Shown piece by piece: positions 9,336 through 18,373 of a DNA stretch of 64,000 bases. The position numbers were made by a program, and so were the translations under genes. Within the stretch, counting starts at the first letter, position 1. Every line of letters starts with the position of its first letter. Location: positions 2,208,001-2,272,000 of the forward strand of contig OZ271918.1 in the NCBI GenBank assembly GCA_965602015.1, written 5' to 3'. The notes below the pieces were generated by a model that was not told the origin of the DNA, ran no database searches, and was given only the letters and a program-made list of their open reading frames with translations. The stretch comes from Salinispira sp. GTDB taxonomy: Bacteria; Spirochaetota; Spirochaetia; DSM-27196; Salinispiraceae.

Positions 9336-11381
9336 TTAGCCGCTGTTTATCAGCTCCATAAACTCTTCCTCACTGACAATGGAAATGCCAAGCTTGCGGG
9401 CTTTGTCTAATTTTGAACCCGCAGACGCGCCGGCGAGCAGGTGGGTGGTTTTGCTGCTCACATCACTGACGGTTTCACCCCCCCGGGATTTCACCTCTTC
9501 CATTGCCTTGGAACGGGGTTTGAAGTTCTCAAAACTGCCGGTGACGCACCAGCGCTGACCGGCGAAGATTCCGTTCTCGTCCCTGGAGGGAGCCTCTCCG
9601 GCAGAAAAATTCAGCCCCAGCTTCTGCAGCTCTTCAACCATGGAACGGAACCGGGGCTCGGCGAGTTGCGCGGCGACGGTTTCGATGGTTTTCTCGCCGA
9701 CGCCCTTTATTTCCGCCAGCTTATCCTGCTCACCCCTGTCGATGAGGGCGAACAAGTCGTCGATGCTGCGATACCCCGCCTCTTCAAGCAGCTCCGCCAG
9801 TTTGGGGCCGAAGTCGTTCAAACCCAGGCTGACGATTACCCGCCGGTAGCTTCGCGTTTTTGCGTTCTCGATTCCCGAGCGGATCAGCTCGGCCTTTTTT
9901 TCTGCGAATCCCGGCAAGTCGGCTATCTTGCGATAGTCCAGGCGGAACAAATCGGGAATGTCATGTATGAGGCCTTCCTCAAGGAGGGTTACAACGGTTT
10001 CAGAGCCGAGATTGTCAATATCCATCTGATCCCGTCCGGTAAAAAAGATCAGCCGACCCCGTTTGCGGTCCGGACACGCAAAATTGGTGCAAAAGTGGTG
10101 GGCTCCCTGTTTTTCCAGAACTGTTGAACAGCTGGGGCAGCGCTCGGGCATGGTCCACAGCGGCGCACCACTCTCCCCTTTTTCCACCACCCGTTCGACG
10201 GCGGGAATGACATCGCCGCGGCGGGAAATCGCCACCGTATCACCGGGAGCGAGATTTAAACTGTCGATGTAATCCTGATTGTGCAGGGTTACGTTTTGAA
10301 TGGTGGTTCCCCCGACGGTAACCGCCTCAACCCTGGCGACCGGAGTTGCCCGGCCGGTCCGGCCGATCTGCACATCGATATCCCGCACCGTCGTCTGGCC
10401 CTCGGGACTCTCAAATTTATACGCAATGGCCCAGCGGGGGTGATGCCCGGTATACCCCAGGGTCTGGCGAAGGGGAAGCTCGTCGATCTTCAAAACCATT
10501 CCGTCTATTTCATAATCGAGGGATGCCCGGCGTTGTGTGCTGTCGGTGAGGAAGTCGATGATTTCATCCATGGCCCTCTGAACGTCGGCATCGTCATCAG
10601 GATCGACGGAGATGCACCGCTGATGGGGATTGACCGCCAATCCGAGCTCACTCAACAGCTCCAGGTTCCGGTGATGGGAATTCTGGAAATCCTCTCCAAA
10701 GGGTTCATAGGCGAAAAATCTCAGGGGTATTTTGGCCACTTCGCTGCTTTTTATTCGCCGAAGACTTCCGCTGGCGTAATTCCTGGGGTTTGCGTAGTCA
10801 GCACCGTGCTCATCCCTGATGCGGTGAAAATCGCTGATGGTCATGTACACTTCTCCGCGGATTGCGGCGTTGACCCCTCGCGTAAGTTTCAAGGGGATGG
10901 TTCGGATGGTTTTGACGTTGGCGCTGATATCGTTTCCCGTCTCTCCGTTGCCCCGGCTTACCGCCCGGGCGAGCACCCCGTCCTCGTAGTACAGCACCAA
11001 CGAAGAGCCGTCCATTTTTTCTTCTATTATTATGTGAAAGGAGCCGTCGAGCTGGCGGCTGCACCGTCGGATCCATTGGCGGATTTCTTCCGGTCCGTAG
11101 GCCTTATCGAGGCTGAGAACCGGAATGCTGTGCCTGACCTCGGGAAGCTCGGAGTTCAGATCTGAACCCACCCGCTGGCTTGGGCTGTCCGGAAGGATCA
11201 GCGACGGAAACTGCCCTTCGAGGCGAAGGAGTTCGTCGTAGAGCCGGTCATATTCCCGGTCGGATACGCTTGGGGCGTTTTTCACGTAGTACTCGAATTC
11301 ATAACGGCGAAGCATATCGCTCAAGTCCGCGATACGCTTCGCCGCTTCGTTTTCTGACATAGTGTTGACGTAGTCGCTCAT
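9336..11381 (-). CDS. ligA: NAD-dependent DNA ligase
   Basis: EEKMDG adenylation motif, SRGNG, Cys4 zinc finger, HhH, BRCT; start at ATG 11381 with GGAGGA. Confidence 0.97.
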   Translation of the reverse strand: MSDYVNTMSENEAAKRIADLSDMLRRYEFEYYVKNAPSVSDREYDRLYDELLRLEGQFPSLILPDSPSQRVGSDLNSELPEVRHSIPVLSLDKAYGPEEIRQWIRRCSRQLDGSFHIIIEEKMDGSSLVLYYEDGVLARAVSRGNGETGNDISANVKTIRTIPLKLTRGVNAAIRGEVYMTISDFHRIRDEHGADYANPRNYASGSLRRIKSSEVAKIPLRFFAYEPFGEDFQNSHHRNLELLSELGLAVNPHQRCISVDPDDDADVQRAMDEIIDFLTDSTQRRASLDYEIDGMVLKIDELPLRQTLGYTGHHPRWAIAYKFESPEGQTTVRDIDVQIGRTGRATPVARVEAVTVGGTTIQNVTLHNQDYIDSLNLAPGDTVAISRRGDVIPAVERVVEKGESGAPLWTMPERCPSCSTVLEKQGAHHFCTNFACPDRKRGRLIFFTGRDQMDIDNLGSETVVTLLEEGLIHDIPDLFRLDYRKIADLPGFAEKKAELIRSGIENAKTRSYRRVIVSLGLNDFGPKLAELLEEAGYRSIDDLFALIDRGEQDKLAEIKGVGEKTIETVAAQLAEPRFRSMVEELQKLGLNFSAGEAPSRDENGIFAGQRWCVTGSFENFKPRSKAMEEVKSRGGETVSDVSSKTTHLLAGASAGSKLDKARKLGISIVSEEEFMELINSG

Positions 11382-11422
11382 GAGTCCTCCGGGCGTATGG
11401 TTCCCGGGGGGACTTCCGGCGC

Positions 11423-14416
11423 CTATAGACCCTTTCGAATAAAGGCGTCCCGATAACCCTTGGCCCGGAACCAAAAGAGCACCGTGCCTTGTTCGTCCTC
11501 GGTGAGGGGACCGACGAAGACCCGGTACAGCGGATTTTCCGCGGCCCCTACCGGCAGAACCGCCAGGGGATAACCGGGAGCTACTTCCTCAACTACCCGT
11601 TTTGCAGACCGGGGGTTGGCGTATGCTCCGACCTGAAGATAATACCCGTCAGGCTGCAGCGTGTATACCAGAGGCAAATTTTCCGTTGCCCAGCGTATGT
11701 CGGGAATCTCCGACGTCACCCGCGGTGAAACCGTAACCGGAGTTTCAACGGTTTCGACCAGTGGTTCCACAGCCAGCTCATCCTGTTCGTCCTCCGCAGG
11801 CGGCCGCTCTGCGCTTTCCTCCAGGAAGACCAGAAGGTCGCCGCTGTCGATGCGCTCTTCAGCGGGCTCCTCGGTCAGCTCCTCGGGCGATTCTTCTTCC
11901 GGCTCCTGTATTGCCAGGTCCGCGGGCTCTTCGAATTCTACCGGATCAGGCTCGTCAAGGGGTTGGGGTTCTTCAACTCCCGGCTCCGTGAGGGCGAGGT
12001 CAAAGTCAGTGTCCTCCTCGCCGGGCATCGGACGGGTAATGCCGTCCTCTGGTTCGCGCAACTCGGGACTTCTGAACTCGGCTTCTTCCAGGGTGACAAT
12101 TACGTCTTCCGGTCTGCCGCCGTCAATGGGAGCCTCGACAGTGAGTTCTTCGCTGACTTCAGCCGTTTCCTCAACCGCTGTTTCTTCATCCACACCCGGC
12201 TCGGAGAGAGCTACATCGATCTCCGTCCGTTCCTCGCCGGGCATGGGCCTGGTGATTCCACCGTCAGCGGATTCGAATGCCACCTCGCCAGGCACCGGAG
12301 GATCGCCGGCGCTGACCTCCGGAGCCTCGGCGCCGAGACGCAGAATGCCCGCCTCAATGCCGAACACCTTCTCCCGGGGCTCATGGCTAATTTCCGGCCT
12401 TGCGGCATCGCCCTGCTCGGCCCGGGGCAGCGGCGTTTCGATGCTGGCCTCAGCGGCAAGCCGGGGTTCCGGCGGACCGGCAAGTCCGGAAAGCACCGAG
12501 TCCTCGGCGTTTATGCGTCCAATTCCGGGGGCCGGGCGGGGGTCGAGGTACTGCGCCAGTGGTATGCGGTCAACCCGGGGGGCTGCATCGGCAGGCGCAG
12601 CGGTCCGTATACTGCTGTTTTCTATTTCATCTACCACATCCGCCTCGGGGAGCGGCAAATCACCGGACGCGATTGCCCGGTCGCGGGCGGGACGCGGGGC
12701 GAACCCCAGGTCGACGCTGGGCAGTTCGTCTTCGAAATCGAAACCGATTTCCGGCACCCGGTCTCCCGGCAGGGTTTCAGCGGCTGCCCGGCGGACGCCA
12801 AGAGAGATCTCGGGAGTTCCGGCGGACTCCACCGGATTGGCCGCTTCACTCAGGGTGACCGAGGGAGGGCGGGTTTCCTCGCCGGTCAGGCGGGGAAGCG
12901 GGACATCCAGGTCTGTGCCGGCGGGGGGCAGGAATAACTGCCTGTCGGGATAGAGTTCGCGTATGCGATTGATCCAGCTCTGAGCCGGATCTTCATCGAG
13001 AGGTCGGGCGAATCCGTCATTGTCCGTTTCATCGGCGGGCATATCATCACCGAGGGCAATATCGTCAGCGGTGTCCGGCAGCACAGCGAGGGCCGGATCG
13101 TCCTCTACCAGCTCTTCTACCAGCTCTTCTACCGGCTCTTCCGCCGGCACATCGGGTTCGATATCCAGGCCGAAGCGTATTGATTCCTCCGTGGGATCCA
13201 GGGGAGAGAGGCTGGTCTCGGGTTCGCCGTCTGCTTCATTTGTCAGGTCGGCTACTTCCGCTTCATCGCCCGGTTCATCCCCATCGGCATCGGCAGGGTC
13301 CTCTACCCGATCGGCATCATATTCCTCGGGCCAAAAACTGTACTCCGGAGCGCTGAGATCGAAGGCGGGGCTTACGGCCATGGTGCCGTCCTGTATCCGG
13401 CTTAGGGCAGAGAGTATGCCCAGCCGGTACACCGGAACAGTTTCGGGAATGCGTACTGCGCGGGATCCGGTCACCGGAGTTTCGCTGCGGATTCCGTCAT
13501 CTAAAATTTGGCCGAGCCCGCTGCTCAAACCTCGGAGTGTCCCCCTGCTCATTTCGGGTCCCTCCACGTTTTGCGGGATATCTTCTGGTAAAGCGACATC
13601 CGGTCTTTCATCGCTGAGGGTTTCGACTTCCCGTACAGGATCGAGGGGTTCATTTTCGCTCTGCAGCGACTGGTCGGGCATGGGGGCTTGCGGTACTTCG
13701 CTGAGCGTTGCTTCCGGGGTTTGTGTATCGGAGACTTCTTCGTCGTCTTCCTCAACCGGCTCTTCGGGAAAAAGGTCCGCCAGCGGCGGGGTGTCGAATT
13801 CTTCAACTATAATAAATGCCTCTTCGCTGCTAATGTCCCGGGGCTCGTCGCTCAGGACCTCACTGGACCGGTTTTCTTCCACCGGAGCTGCGGGCCCGGA
13901 TGCCGGCTCGTCCTCAACGGGTTCATCCCGCCGGGAGACCCGGTCGGGACGGAGAAGCGGATTATCTATTTCGGGAATTTCCGAGCCGGGGTTGAACACA
14001 AACTCGTTCGGGTCGGAAAAGGCCGCTCTTGGATTAACCTCCGGATCCGTTGAGAACGGGAGGTCCCGGTTTGCATCCACCGAGGTCAGTCCCGGCACAC
14101 TCACCGGACTGGCCACCAGGCTCAAAGCGCTGGTTCCCGTGACATCCAGGGCTTCAGCCGCCTCGTCGGACAGAATCATAAAAATACCCGGTTCGGAGAC
14201 CCGGGAGACGATAATGACTTCGATCCGTTCACCGGTAGAAGGATTGCGCAGCTCGACCAGGGTATTACGGGCGAAACTGCTGCTTGCTGCAAAAAACCCC
14301 TCGGCGGGGAACTCGCCGCTTCTTCCCCGGACAGCCAGGCCTTCGTAGACCTCCTGGGCAAGCAGGGGAAACCCCGCGAGTATCAGAATCAGCACAATAG
14401 AAACGATTTTTCTCAT
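11423..14416 (-). CDS. Exported protein with RlpA-like N-terminal domain, long acidic linker and C-terminal SPOR domain
   Basis: Signal peptide; YYLQVGAYAN...YRVFVGPL..GYRDAFIRKG SPOR; N-terminal AASSSFARNTLVELRNPSTGERIEV resembles a DPBB fold. Confidence 0.8.
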   Translation of the reverse strand: MRKIVSIVLILILAGFPLLAQEVYEGLAVRGRSGEFPAEGFFAASSSFARNTLVELRNPSTGERIEVIIVSRVSEPGIFMILSDEAAEALDVTGTSALSLVASPVSVPGLTSVDANRDLPFSTDPEVNPRAAFSDPNEFVFNPGSEIPEIDNPLLRPDRVSRRDEPVEDEPASGPAAPVEENRSSEVLSDEPRDISSEEAFIIVEEFDTPPLADLFPEEPVEEDDEEVSDTQTPEATLSEVPQAPMPDQSLQSENEPLDPVREVETLSDERPDVALPEDIPQNVEGPEMSRGTLRGLSSGLGQILDDGIRSETPVTGSRAVRIPETVPVYRLGILSALSRIQDGTMAVSPAFDLSAPEYSFWPEEYDADRVEDPADADGDEPGDEAEVADLTNEADGEPETSLSPLDPTEESIRFGLDIEPDVPAEEPVEELVEELVEDDPALAVLPDTADDIALGDDMPADETDNDGFARPLDEDPAQSWINRIRELYPDRQLFLPPAGTDLDVPLPRLTGEETRPPSVTLSEAANPVESAGTPEISLGVRRAAAETLPGDRVPEIGFDFEDELPSVDLGFAPRPARDRAIASGDLPLPEADVVDEIENSSIRTAAPADAAPRVDRIPLAQYLDPRPAPGIGRINAEDSVLSGLAGPPEPRLAAEASIETPLPRAEQGDAARPEISHEPREKVFGIEAGILRLGAEAPEVSAGDPPVPGEVAFESADGGITRPMPGEERTEIDVALSEPGVDEETAVEETAEVSEELTVEAPIDGGRPEDVIVTLEEAEFRSPELREPEDGITRPMPGEEDTDFDLALTEPGVEEPQPLDEPDPVEFEEPADLAIQEPEEESPEELTEEPAEERIDSGDLLVFLEESAERPPAEDEQDELAVEPLVETVETPVTVSPRVTSEIPDIRWATENLPLVYTLQPDGYYLQVGAYANPRSAKRVVEEVAPGYPLAVLPVGAAENPLYRVFVGPLTEDEQGTVLFWFRAKGYRDAFIRKGL
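11969..12262 (-). repeat. Internal duplication in the SPOR protein linker (two copies, ~11969-12046 and ~12182-12262)
   Basis: GITRPMPGEERTEIDVALSEPGVDEE vs GITRPMPGEEDTDFDLALTEPGVEE. Confidence 0.85.
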
Positions 14417-14429
14417 AACGTCCTCTCAC

Positions 14430-14960
14430 TCAAAACAGATCGACGCCGGTTAAGCGATTTATCAGGATGCGGGAAGCTTCTTGACCGTTAACCCGAAGAG
14501 CCGCGGGATCTTCATAGATCACCACTTCCCTGGCAAGACGTTCGGGTCCGCTTGGGAGCCGGTATATTTCACATTCCAGCGAGGCGAGTTGGAGCTGCTC
14601 CTCATTCTCGCCGCTGAAAAATAATCGAAGGTAGATAAGTGTTTGGGCGCCGCCCTGGGCGGCTTCCAGGCGGCGGTTCGCCAGGTTGCTTTCCTGATCC
14701 AGGCCCTCGGGCATCTGCGATGGATCGAGGATAACAAGCCCCGGAGCATTAAACACGATATGTCCGCCGTCAAAGAGTTCATCCATGATGCCGGTTTCAA
14801 CATCCATGCTCGTCTGCGAGATATACAGGCTGCCCGCCAGTTCTTCGGGGGTGTCGACCACCAGGTCGTAGCTCACCATCACCGTACTTGCAAAGGCCGC
14901 AGCTGCGGTCAGGAAAACGAGGGTACACAGCATGATAAAACGGGATTTACTGGTCATCAT
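14430..14960 (-). CDS. Hypothetical exported protein
   Basis: Signal peptide ending AFA; GAGGA RBS; co-directional with the SPOR gene. Confidence 0.7.
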   Translation of the reverse strand: MMTSKSRFIMLCTLVFLTAAAAFASTVMVSYDLVVDTPEELAGSLYISQTSMDVETGIMDELFDGGHIVFNAPGLVILDPSQMPEGLDQESNLANRRLEAAQGGAQTLIYLRLFFSGENEEQLQLASLECEIYRLPSGPERLAREVVIYEDPAALRVNGQEASRILINRLTGVDLF

Positions 14961-15012
14961 GATATTCCTCCTCTTTCAGTGTCGGCACCTGGCTCCGCTT
15001 CTGTAGTCAATA

Positions 15013-15041
15013 TTGATGGAAGGTCCGCAACGTGGTAGGGT
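15013..15041 (+). promoter_or_regulatory. Putative sigma70 promoter of the NusG-paralogue operon
   Basis: TTGATG-17nt-TAGGGT with extended TG; 9 nt before the ATG and no clear SD. Confidence 0.45.
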
Positions 15042-15050
15042 CGAACGGGT

Positions 15051-15602
15051 ATGAATCTGTTCGTTCTGCAATGCCTGTCCGGCAAAGAAGATCTGGTGAG
15101 GAAAAAGCTGAGCCTGTCGGCGGGAAGCGAGTTACCCGAGATTTTTATCCCCCGCCGGAAAATGAAGATCCGTCGCGGTGGCCGGACCCTCCAGGAAGAA
15201 TACGTCCTCTTTCCAGGCTACCTCTTTTTTCACTGCGAATCCGTAAACCAGACGCTTGTTCAGTGGTGCCGCGAGATTCCCGAGGCCCTCCGGTTTCTTC
15301 CGGATAACCGGGAAATCCAGCCGTTGAGACCCGATGAACGGGAACTTCTTTCACGGCTGCTCTTCCAGGGAGAGATTATTGGAGATTCGGCGGTCCGCTT
15401 TAATACCAACAACAGAATTGAAGTGGTCCGCGGCCCGCTCAAGGGTTTCGAGGGGCAGATTATAAAGGTGAACCGCCGCAAGGGACGGGCAAAAGTACGC
15501 TTGGACATGTACGACCGCTCATTCGAAGTAGATTTTAGTTTTTTCGACATTGAAAAGTCACTTTTGTCCGATAGTTCAGCTATGGAGCAGAGCAGAGGGT
15601 GA
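15051..15602 (+). CDS. Specialised NusG paralogue (LoaP/UpxY/RfaH-type antiterminator)
   Basis: NGN domain (IFIPRR...LFPGYLF) and KOW (IEVVRGPLKGFEGQIIKVNRRKGRAKV); not in the secE-nusG-rplK context; precedes sugar-nucleotide genes. Confidence 0.85.
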   Translation: MNLFVLQCLSGKEDLVRKKLSLSAGSELPEIFIPRRKMKIRRGGRTLQEEYVLFPGYLFFHCESVNQTLVQWCREIPEALRFLPDNREIQPLRPDERELLSRLLFQGEIIGDSAVRFNTNNRIEVVRGPLKGFEGQIIKVNRRKGRAKVRLDMYDRSFEVDFSFFDIEKSLLSDSSAMEQSRG

Positions 15603-17077
15603 ATACGCAGAACAGTGACTCGGGACAACTCTATATAATAGGAGCGGGATTCGCCGGACAGTCATTGGCAACGGATATTCGGCGAAAAAGCATTTACGGC
15701 ACGCCGGCGGCCTTCCTCGACGATGATCCGGATAAGATAGGCAGTCATATCGAGGGCATTCCCGTCCTCGGGCCTATTGACGATGTGGCGAACCTCCTCC
15801 AACCCAGCGGAAACGACCGGGCGATTATAGCCATGCCGTCGGTGAGCCGGGAACGGCTGAGGGAAATGTTTCTCCTTTTAAAGGGCAGGAAATTCAGCAG
15901 CATCAAAATTCTGCCCGACATGGAGCAGATAATCGAAGGGTCTGCCCACATGGTGCAGACCCGGGAAATTGATCCTCAGGACCTTCTGCTTCGCAAACCG
16001 GTGCAGATCGGATTGGTGGAGAGCATCCGCTACCTCCGTGGGAAGCGGGTTCTTATTACCGGCGCCGGCGGCAGCATCGGCAGCGAGCTGTCGCGCCAGC
16101 TACTGTACGGCGGCGCGAGCCGCCTGTATCTCTTCGGTCACGGCGAAAACAGCATCTACGAAATTGACCGGGAGCTGCGGCTCCTTCAGCAGGAGGGCAT
16201 AGGGGAGAAGGCGACCATCGTCCCGATAATCGGCGAGCTACAGGACCCGCAGTACATGAAGTTCATCCTCCCCCGTTTAAAACCCGACGTAATTTTTCAC
16301 ACCGCCGCCTACAAGCACGTACCGATGATGGAGCACAACCCGGTAATGGCGGTGAAAAACAATCTCTTCGGAACGAAAAACCTTCTCGACGGAATGGAAC
16401 TCCTCAGTGACAGCCGGCTGGTGCTGATATCCACCGACAAGGTGGTGGAGCCCAGGAGCATATACGGTGCGAGCAAGCGGCTGGCCGAAGAGCTGGTGCT
16501 TCAACGGAGCCATGAGAGCAACGCGTTTATGGTCGTCCGGTTCGGAAATGTCCTGGGCTCAAGGGGAAGCATCGTTCCCCTTTTCAAAAAGCAAATCCTC
16601 ACCGGTGGGCCGGTTACCCTGACCCACCCCGACATGCGGCGGTTTTTTATGACAATTCCCGAAGCCGCCAGCCTGGTTCTCAAGGCCGGCGGAGTGGGCA
16701 CCACAGGCAGCCTCTACACCCTGGAGATGGGGCAGCCGGTTATCATCAGAGAACTCGCCGAGCAGATGATCAGATTCTACGGGCTGGAGCCCGATGAAGA
16801 TGTGAAAATCGAATATATCGGCATCCGCCCGGGGGAAAAACTGGAGGAATGCCTCCACGAAGACGGAGAGCTGAGCAGCGAGACCGGCTTTCCCGGGATC
16901 CGGCAGGTCGCTAAAAAGCCCCACTCCCCGGATTTGCAGGGTCTGGTAGATGAACTTGAAGAGATTTGCTACCTGCAGGGCGACGGTTCGGGATACCGCA
17001 ACCGCCGGCTTCTGAGAAGCGCCATCGCCAAACGGCTGCCGAGCCTGGAGATACCCGAAGATGAACCGGAATACTGA
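15599..17077 (+). CDS. CapD/PglF-like UDP-GlcNAc 4,6-dehydratase (soluble form)
   Basis: ITGAGGSIGSEL, HTAAYKHVPMME, ISTDK, YGASK, VRFGNVLGSRGS, GIRPGEKL. Confidence 0.92.
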   Translation: MNTQNSDSGQLYIIGAGFAGQSLATDIRRKSIYGTPAAFLDDDPDKIGSHIEGIPVLGPIDDVANLLQPSGNDRAIIAMPSVSRERLREMFLLLKGRKFSSIKILPDMEQIIEGSAHMVQTREIDPQDLLLRKPVQIGLVESIRYLRGKRVLITGAGGSIGSELSRQLLYGGASRLYLFGHGENSIYEIDRELRLLQQEGIGEKATIVPIIGELQDPQYMKFILPRLKPDVIFHTAAYKHVPMMEHNPVMAVKNNLFGTKNLLDGMELLSDSRLVLISTDKVVEPRSIYGASKRLAEELVLQRSHESNAFMVVRFGNVLGSRGSIVPLFKKQILTGGPVTLTHPDMRRFFMTIPEAASLVLKAGGVGTTGSLYTLEMGQPVIIRELAEQMIRFYGLEPDEDVKIEYIGIRPGEKLEECLHEDGELSSETGFPGIRQVAKKPHSPDLQGLVDELEEICYLQGDGSGYRNRRLLRSAIAKRLPSLEIPEDEPEY

Positions 17078-18341
17078 CCCGATACCCTACTCCCGCCCCG
17101 AGTTGGGCGCTGAGGAAGAACAGGCCGTACTGGAGGTTCTGCGAAGCGGATGGCTCACCACCGGCAAACGGACCCTTGATTTCGAGAGGGAGTTTGCTCT
17201 GGCAGCGGCTCCCGGCGGAGAGTACCGGGCGTTGGCGGTCAGCTCGGCAACCGCCGGTCTGCACATCGGCATACGCGCCCTCAATCTTCCGCCGGGGTCT
17301 GCGGTGGCTCTGAGCCCCTACACATTCGCCGCCAGCATTAACAGTATTTTATACAACGGCCTTGAGCCTCTTTTGGTGGATTGCCTGCCCGGGGGATACC
17401 ATCTGGATCCTGCAGCTTTGGAAGCGGCGATAACGCGCCGGGGCAAGAAAACCCTCGTCAGGTCCAACTCAGCCGCACGGCGGTCCGGCCTTGCGGGGCT
17501 TGCCGGCCGGGCGCGGGAGCTGCGGGCGGTTATGCCCGTTCATTTCGCAGGATGGGAGGAAGGGGGACAAGAAATCGATGAGATTGCCTCGGCCTGCGGT
17601 TTGGAAGTGATTGAAGATGCGGCCCACAGCTACCCGGCCCGCAGGACTGACCGCGGTACGTACGCCCAGGGCACCCGGGGCAGGTTCGGCGTCTTCTCCT
17701 TTTACGCGAACAAAACCATCACCACCGGCGAAGGCGGGATGATTCTCACTGCGGACCATGAACTGGCCAAACGCATTACCAGCTACCGGCTTCACGGCAT
17801 AAGCCGGGAGGTTTGGGACCGCTACACATCCGACAAACCATCGTATCACTATGACATCGAGCTGCCGGGTTATAAATACAACCTGCCCGATATTCTTTCA
17901 GCCATCGGACTTGTGCAGCTCCGACGGGCCGAGCAGCTGGCTGAGCGGCGGAGGAAAATTGCCATGGGCTATGCGGCGGCCTTTGCCGACCGGGATTGGA
18001 TTATCCCCCCTCCGGGCAGTCAAAATGAGATTCCCCGTTCCCATTCATGGCATATTTACAGCCTCCGGCTCGTGCTTCCCCGGCTGAGCATTACCCGGGA
18101 CGAGTTCATTTGCCTGCTGTCCGAGCGGGGAATCGGCAGCTCGGTACACTTTATTCCCCTCCACCTGATGAGCTACTACCGCAAGCGCTTCGGCTTCAAG
18201 CCCGGACAGTTTCCCAGGGCAATGGAAGCCTTTGAATCCACCATCAGCCTCCCGATGTTTCCCGGCCTGGATGAGGATGAAATGAGGCGCGTAATTGATG
18301 AAGTGCTGGAAATCGGTGATACTCATTACAGGGGCGCTTAA
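17061..18341 (+). CDS. DegT/DnrJ/EryC1/StrS PLP aminotransferase
   Basis: SGWLTTG, IEDAAH, FSFYANKTITTGEGG, GYKYN. Confidence 0.93.
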   Translation: MNRNTDPIPYSRPELGAEEEQAVLEVLRSGWLTTGKRTLDFEREFALAAAPGGEYRALAVSSATAGLHIGIRALNLPPGSAVALSPYTFAASINSILYNGLEPLLVDCLPGGYHLDPAALEAAITRRGKKTLVRSNSAARRSGLAGLAGRARELRAVMPVHFAGWEEGGQEIDEIASACGLEVIEDAAHSYPARRTDRGTYAQGTRGRFGVFSFYANKTITTGEGGMILTADHELAKRITSYRLHGISREVWDRYTSDKPSYHYDIELPGYKYNLPDILSAIGLVQLRRAEQLAERRRKIAMGYAAAFADRDWIIPPPGSQNEIPRSHSWHIYSLRLVLPRLSITRDEFICLLSERGIGSSVHFIPLHLMSYYRKRFGFKPGQFPRAMEAFESTISLPMFPGLDEDEMRRVIDEVLEIGDTHYRGA

Positions 18342-18373
18342 CATCTCATAACCGGGCTCCTTCGGGATCATCA

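Noticed and set aside
11661..14348. Long Ser-rich + strand ORFs (430 and 442 aa)
   Set aside because: Antisense shadows of the Glu/Asp/Pro-rich SPOR gene; no motifs or RBS
18358..18367. TCC-TTCG-GGA UNCG hairpin as a possible LoaP recognition element
   Set aside because: Only a 3-bp stem and located mid-operon; not distinguishable from chance
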